15,698 nucleotides of DNA, from the NCBI GenBank assembly GCA_051294375.1, contig JBJCIZ010000064.1, positions 30,765-46,462 on the forward strand, in the 5' to 3' direction. Below, one piece after another: positions 8,948 to 15,698 of the stretch (its first letter is position 1; each line of letters begins with the position of its first letter). This DNA is from Paraspadella gotoi. Taxonomy: Eukaryota > Animalia > Chaetognatha. The position numbers and the translations under genes are program-made. The notes beneath the pieces were generated by a model that was not told where the DNA came from, did not search any database, and saw only the letters and a list, made by a program, of their open reading frames with translations.

Positions 8948-9481
8948 TCATTTTTTTTTGCATAATTTATCATAATTCGATGTTCTGACATGATATAAGT
9001 GTGTGCCTGACAATATTGAGGGGGCGGACCGACGGACCGACGGACCGACAAAGTGAGTTTATAGAGTCGGGATCTGCTGATAAGCAGATCGACTAACAAG
9101 AGATAGTCTAAACTATAGGATCGATTGAAAGTTGAGCTTAACCTGCCAAAAACCAAACCCACAAACTAAAATTATTACCCAAAAAAAAAATAAATTAAAT
9201 TAAAACTAAAAAATATTAAGAAAAACGTAAGTGTACGCTAATTTCTCCAGAAATTCCGCCGCACCAAGTTTCTCTACGCCCGACGCCACTTTCGAAATTC
9301 GCAGGCTCAGCCCGTGATCGTGCATCGACGCTCGAAGGCCGCGTTGACTAAAATTTTAAGAAATTGAATTCAATTCCGATGCTCAACGAAAAATCTTAAC
9401 ATCCGATGGATAACGAAAAATATAAAAATTCCTTTACTTACAGTACCGGTCTTGGCTTCCTTCATAAGTCCAGGGAAGCTA

Positions 9482-12032
9482 CAGTACCGGAAACCTAGAA
9501 TGTCGTAAGTCTGTACATGGAATAACTTTTCCATTTATAGGATTAATGGCTTTAGGATTTTACAGGAAGTTGCCTGGATGGCTGGCTATTGCCCATTTAA
9601 GCAATTTTCAAAAAAATAATCTTAAACCACTTAAAAATTGGGTCAAAATTTTTTTTTTAAAAACTTGCATAGCTTCTAATATATTTAAATTTTTTTCTTA
9701 AAATTTTGCCAACTTATACTCAAGAGGGTTTGTAAACTCTTCTGTAAAAATATGTTACTCTCAAAAAATTTTTTTCCATATTTATCAGTGCTAATATTTT
9801 AGATGGGTCATTTTTCAATGATGCATAACTTCCTTATTTGTTGAATATTATGGTTAAATTTTAGTAATAGGTGGGCCTTGGTAGTCCCTACAATACATAT
9901 AATTTCAAATCATTTTGAAGAACTTTTTTGACACAGTCAATTTTTTTTTTACAAAATTCAATTGGTACAAGTCTGCTAAAAATATTATTGCAATAATGTT
10001 ATTCTTTGCCTATAAATCAGTTAAAACATATTTAAAATAAGCCAAAGCAAAAAATTTTCTCAACATTTTAAAAACGTCATTGCATATTGTTGCATTTTAT
10101 AATTTGTTAAAATTTTTCACATAAACTAATCATTTTTTAAAATTTTTGGTACAAGAACAGATAATATATAATCAACCTTTAAAAAATATACCATCAAACT
10201 AATTTTTAAGAAAATTTCAAATATTTTTAATGTATTTTTATATTACTTAAAAATTATGATTTTTAATAAGCATTCTGCTAACTTTTCAAAGTGGGCCATC
10301 ATTGAAAAGAGGCACTCAAAGGATTCCCTAATATATAATTTTTTTACCAAATTTAATGTCCCAAAGCTGAGATAATTCTTTCCAAAGAGCTCAAAAATTG
10401 AAAAAACACTACTTTTTAATCGTAATAAAAAATGCGACTTAGATAGTTTTGTTCAATACTTATAACTAGGTCAAGAATTGTTCATATTTTTGTGGTAATG
10501 TCATGTCCAGGGAATAAAATAAATATTATAGTAATTCCTCAATCCGATTTTTAAATTTGGCAGAACATTTTACTCTTTTTTACCAAGTTTTTAGAGTATG
10601 CTAAACGTTCTCTGATTACGCAAAAATAGAATTTGAGAAATAAAAAATTAAATAGTACCAATAGTTGGTGTTATGTCTCAAATAGATGGAAAAAAAACCT
10701 TGGTTTAAAAATTTGATCTGGAATAGGGGTAACTTAGGCGTACCAATGCATCGTCCATGCCATCGTTCTTTCAAATAATTGTTTTTTATTTAATACATTT
10801 GAAAGGGGAAAAAAGGAAATTTGAAATGCTGGTAGTATGAAAGTTATAGAAAATCTGGCCATAGTGACTTGATAATCATGACCTTTTATGTCTTGTGTAA
10901 TGGGGGCAGTAAATAGACCCAAAAAATTCAATCATTAAGTCAGTCAATCAACCCTTTCAAATAGACTGTTCTGCGAAAATTTTTTGTCTTCACTAAAAAT
11001 TTATTTCTTCACTAAAAAATTCGCAGAACAACCTATTTGAAAGGGTTGATTGACTGACTTAATGATTATAGTCGCATTAACGATTAACGATTAAAAAGTA
11101 GTGTTTTTTTCAATTTTTGAGGCACTTTGGAAAGAATTATCTCAGCTGTGGGACATTAAATTTGGTAAAAAAATTATATATTTGGAATCCTTGAATTGCC
11201 CTCTGTTCAATGATGCCCACTTTTGAAAAGGTTAGCAGAATGCTTATTAAAATCATAATTTTTAGTAATATATAAAAATACATTAAAAATATTTGAAATT
11301 TCTTAAAAATTAGGTTGATGGTATATTTTTAAAGGTTTGATTATATATTATCTGTGTACCAAAAATTTTTAAAAAATGGACTAGTTTTATCTGAAAAAAT
11401 TTTAAAAATTATAAAATGCAACAATATGCAAATGAGTTTTTAAAAAATGTTGAGAAAAATTTTTTGCTTTAGGCTTATTTTAAATATGTTTTAACTGATT
11501 ATAGGCAAAGAATAACATTATTTGCAATAATATTTTTAGCAGGATTGACAATTGAATTTTGTAAAAAAAAAATTGACCTGTGTCAAAAGTTTTTCAAAAT
11601 GATTGAAATTTATATGTATTGTAGGACTACCCAAGGCCCACCTATTACTAAAAATTTAAAACCATAATATTCACAAATAAGGAAGTTATGCATCATTGAA
11701 AAAATGACCATCTAAAATATTAGCACTGATAAATATGGAAAAAAAATTTTTGATAGTAACAATATTTCTACAGAAGTTTACAAACCCTCTTGAGTATAAG
11801 TTGGCAAAATTTAAGAAAAAAATTTAAAATATATTAGAGCTATGCAAGTTTTTTAAAAAAAAATTTTGACCCAATTTTTAAGTGGTTTAAGATTATTTTT
11901 TTTGAAAAATTGCTTAAATGGCAATAGCCAGCCATCCAGGCAACTTTCCTATAAAATCCTAAAGCTATTTATCCTATAAATGGAAAAGTTTTCCCATGTA
12001 CAGACTTACGACATTCTTGGTTTCCGGTACTG
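9482..12032. mobile_element. Non-autonomous Tc1/mariner-type foldback element with ~960-bp inverted arms
   Basis: TA|CAGTACCGGAAACC at 9480-9495 and GGTTTCCGGTACTG|TA ending 12034. Arms 9482-~10439 and ~11070-12032 are reverse complements along their length; ~630-bp spacer; no transposase ORF. CAGT termini plus TA duplication are typical of Tc1/mariner. Confidence 0.88.
10930..11067. repeat. Inner inverted repeat (48-bp arms, 2 mismatches) within the foldback spacer
   Basis: 10930-10977 AATCATTAAGTCAGTC...CTGCGAA vs 11020-11067 TTCGCAG...GACTGACTTAATGATT; the loop holds TCTTCACTAAAAA twice. Confidence 0.93.
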
Positions 12033-12412
12033 TATATCTTCTATAATAATGAATGGAATGACTTGATATGCATGTGTGGGATGGAACTCGGTATGGTCTA
12101 TTCCCCATTCTATATTTCAAAAAAAAATTTTGAAGTTTTGTTTTGACCATCATTTTTTTAAAAAAATTTAATTTGTATACTGGTGCTCAAAATACTTGAA
12201 CGATATAATTTTTTTTCTCAGTAAAAATTACTCTAACATTACTTGGTCTAATGGTAAAGTGTTAGGCTGAAAAAAAATTATTTATTAATTTATGCATAGT
12301 TGCTAATTATAATAATTAGCTTATTATTTATTTTTTATTTATTAGTTAAACTTTTTATTATAGAAATTAATAGTTGATTGATAGGCAATTTTATTCCTGT
12401 AATCAATTATAA

Positions 12413-13704
12413 TTTTTTTATCGAGCCTTGACGGCGAAGCCGGGTCAGGCTCTATAATGTTTTAAGGGTTGCTTCTTTGTGACGTCGTCGTCGGCGTCGT
12501 CGTCGTCGTCGTCGTCCGTTCACGCTGTTTTTTTATATAAAAACTACTACGCTTTTATAGGTTTGGCTGTGACTTACGTTTTTTTTTAAATAAAAATTAT
12601 TATGAATTATTATAAAGTTTTACAAAAGTGTGCGATCATAGTAAGTTAAAAAATTAGATATGGCTTCTCAACTTGAAAATAGCTTTGATATTTTCTCATT
12701 ACATTTGGATTTAAGTATTTTTTGTTTAAATTTCCACTTCATTATGATTTACTGCAATATGCAAATGAGATTATAGTACTCATTATAATATCCAAATTAG
12801 TATATAGAAATGCTTTAAGCTAATTTACATATTGCAGTATATAATATTGAAGATGAAATTCAAAAAAATTTTTTAAAATTTCTAATAAAAATGGGAACTC
12901 AAAGGATTTTTTTAATGAGAAGCTATATCTTAATTTTAATACAAATAAAAATAAAATCTTTTACAAGCTGCGATTGGAAAAAATTGGAAAATTTCCAATT
13001 GTAAACCATTGTAACATTTTTTTGCCTTTTCTTTTATTTATTTTTTAATTATATATATTTTTTTTTCAGGCGCTGCCTTTTTTGAATCGTTTAAAAACGA
13101 GTTCAGTCTCTCTCTGTCTCTCTTTGTGTGCGTCTGTCTCTCTCTGTACGATCTCTTGCGTGATCGTTCGTTTTTTGAAAAATTCTGATTATTTTTTTCT
13201 TTCTAAAAAACATATATATTTGATCAGGCGCTGCCTTTTCTGAATCGTTTAAAAAAAACGAGTTCAGGCTCTCTCTCTCTCTCCCTCCGTCTCCCTCCGT
13301 CTCCCTCCCTCTCTCTCTCTCTCTCTCTCTCTTTCTTTTTTTTTAAAAAAAAAAAAATTATTCACTTTTTTTTACCACCGTTTTTTGAAAAATTCTTATT
13401 ATTTCTTTCCTTCTAAAAAACTTTTATTATCGCCATTTATTCCGCGCTTCTTTCTCAATACAAAATCCCAAATTTACATCTGAGATTTTCGTGGATTTTT
13501 TGGAGAAAATGTGAAGAATAACTTACTTGACCTGGATTTCGTGGCCGTTGCGGGGCAACGAGTAAACAATGTCGAGGAACATGACCTAATAACGCGTTTT
13601 GATGGCAACGGAAACGTTACGTGTACAAAAAAAAAATCAACTTGACCGAGATCACGCCGATATAAACAAGAGTGACCTAATATTGCGTATCGTTGGCGGG
13701 AAAA

Positions 13705-13752
<48 letters not shown>

Positions 13753-13826
13753 TTCTATCTCTTTTTTTTTTTACAAAAATAATTTTTAGTCACTGCGCGA
13801 TGAGTAAACGATTAAACGAGTTCCGG

Positions 13827-13886
<60 letters not shown>

Positions 13887-14731
13887 TTTTTTTAACAAAA
13901 AAAAAATTTTTTAGTCACTTTTTTTTTCACCAGGCGACGAGTAAACGAGTAAACGAGTTCCGGGCTCTGTTCAGCTTCTTTCTCTCTCTCTCTCTGTCTC
14001 TCTCTCTATGTACGATCGTATGTTTTTTGAAAAATTCTTATTATTTTTTTCCTTCTAAAAACTTTATTATCGCCATTTATTTTTTTTTCTCTATACAAAA
14101 TCCCAAATTTACATCCGAGATTTTCGTGGATTCATTTTAGAAAAAAGGAAAAAAAAACTTATAATGCAGGCAATGTCACATGTACATCAGCTTTCTGCTA
14201 TACATATACCTGCTATATGTCCGGCAATTGCGCGGATTAATTTAATTGCATATATAATTTTCTAAACTAAAATTTTTTTTTTGTTTTTGTTTATTACTGT
14301 AACTTTGGACCGGTCGGCCCACTATTGGCAAATTATATCTAAAATAGGAGTTGAGAAGAGAGATATAGTCAAATTAAACATTACTTTTTTTGTTATTCTA
14401 ATAATTTTTACAATTTTAAATTTGTAAATTTTTTTTAGTGTATATATTTAATCATTTTTATCCTTTTTTAAAATAATAATTATTTGAGTTGGGATAAATA
14501 TTTATAAATTAGTTAAATATGCAAATATGAAATTTGACCTCGGTCTGGTTTTTTCTTTAAAAAAAAGAACAATCTAAAATTTCATTCAAGATTAAACTTT
14601 TTTAAGATGAGGACATAAAATTTTGTTTGATAAGTAAAAAAAATATTAGAAAGGAAAAAGAGTTCGTCCCTACTCAGATACGTCGAAAAACGAGTTTAGC
14701 TCTGCAGGGCGGTCCAGCTTCTCTCTATCTT

Positions 14732-14762
<31 letters not shown>

Positions 14763-15015
14763 TTTTTTCTATTTATTCCGCCATTTATTCCGCGCTTTTT
14801 TCTCAATACAAAATCCCAAATTTACATCCGAGATTTTCGTGGATTTTTTTTCTAAAAATTCTGATTATTCTTTATATAAACGAGAGTGAAAACTGACCAG
14901 CCTCTCTCTCACTTTCTCTGTCTCTCTGTCTCTCTCTCTCTCTCTCTTTCATTCATACACGCATTTGTTTGTTTTATTTACGATGAATGATTCATCGCGT
15001 CAATGAATGACTATT
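12413..15015 (+). mobile_element. Helentron/HINE-like family B copy B2, internally amplified, 3' end not seen
   Basis: TTTTTTTATCGAGCC hairpin (12423-12452) + CTATAAT + (GTC)n at 12483-12519. Shares modules with B1: AAACGAGTTC.GGCTCT, GATCTCTTGCGTGATCGTT, CCATTTATTCCGCGC...GATTTTCGTGGATT (7372-7437; 13433-13500; 14073-14132; 14781-14850), CATACACGCATTTG, ATGAATGACTAT. Confidence 0.68.
13267..14010. repeat. Cluster of (CT)n microsatellites plus T runs (also 6980-7495, 7821-7895, 14720-14950)
   Basis: Direct reading; all lie within or next to family B elements. Confidence 0.95.
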
Positions 15016-15092
15016 AAATTTTTTTCACAATTTGAATATGCCGGATTGTATGCTATATGCCGATCATTTTTTACTGCCTATTTTTGCCGGTT

Positions 15093-15598
15093 NNNNNNNN
15101 NNNNNNNNNNNNNNNNNNNNNNNNNNNNNNNNNNNNNNNNNNNNNNNNNNNNNNNNNNNNNNNNNNNNNNNNNNNNNNNNNNNNNNNNNNNNGGTAAAGA
15201 GAAATTCGCCTCGTATTTAGTGTCCTTTTTTGTACTCTTCTCTCTTCATAGCAGTTTTTTCGATACGTCAATTTATATTTTTATCTTTGGCATTTGGCAT
15301 TTTTTGAGACCGGCTTTTCAGTTGTTTCGTGAACATTTTGGATACACGTCGCTCGTCCGAAAAGCGTTGTTTTTACGAGTTTACACTACTTATTTTTGTC
15401 ACGATTTTGCCACGTTCTGCTACATAGTGACAATTTTACAAGCGCCGGNNNNNNNNNNCTGTCATTTTCAAACCAGTGGATATTTAATTGATTTTTAAAA
15501 TTAGTTGAGTAGAAAATATTAAAGTCATTTATGTGTNNNNNNNNNNNNNNNNNNNNNNNNNNNNNNNNNNNNNNNNNNNNNNNNNNNNNNNNNNNNNN
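15093..15598. other. Assembly gaps: 15093-15192 (100 N), 15449-15458 (10 N), 15537-15598 (62 N)
   Basis: N runs. Confidence 1.
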
Positions 15599-15698
15599 AA
15601 ATCGGGTTTCATTTTCTAACTAACTATTTTTAAATTAAATTTTTTTTTCTTACTTTCGGTAAGTTTTCTGAAGAAATTTGAAATAAAATAATATTAAT

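Larger units (their letters stand above)
6538..9096 (-). mobile_element. Helentron/HINE-like family A copy A3, expanded and carrying a nested insertion
   Basis: Hairpin end at 9065-9094 and 8743-9096 align with 3670-3987. The other end 6538-6581 aligns with 3329-3370 and contains GTCGGATCTGC (6558-6568), the inverted partner of the hairpin arm. Confidence 0.72.

Noticed and set aside
9482-12032. Foldback as a chimeric read artefact
   Set aside because: Symmetry stops exactly at TA-flanked CAGT termini, with unrelated flanks and a unique spacer, as expected for a real element.
6864-14896. ORFs rich in SLSL, PSVR or DGRT (6864, 7280, 7816, 8701, 8741, 13599, 14627)
   Set aside because: Products of CT and GGAC microsatellites within non-autonomous elements; no Rep, helicase or transposase motifs.
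15007-15498. ORFs spanning X runs
   Set aside because: Open only because of N gaps.

Overview
AT-rich eukaryotic (probably invertebrate animal) genomic DNA; the species cannot be determined from the window. The only recognisable gene is two minus-strand exons of the Mediator kinase CDK8 (2633-2429 and 2352-2241, separated by a 76-bp GT-AG intron), which the ORF track misses. No other CDK8 exon is visible, so the rest of the window appears to be very large intron(s) filled with non-autonomous DNA elements. These include two families of Helentron/HINE (DINE-1-like) elements, one nested in another, a 2.55-kb TA-flanked Tc1/mariner-type foldback with ~960-bp arms and an inner palindrome, MITE-like palindromes, a hAT-like end, mini/microsatellites and a telomere-like tract. 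There are three N gaps at the right end. I see no prokaryote-type system (no CRISPR, no operon). The most interesting signals are the covarying terminal hairpins and nesting of the HINE families, the foldback architecture, a multi-hairpin GC island at 893-1172, and unusual splicing features around CDK8. All alignments were done by eye.
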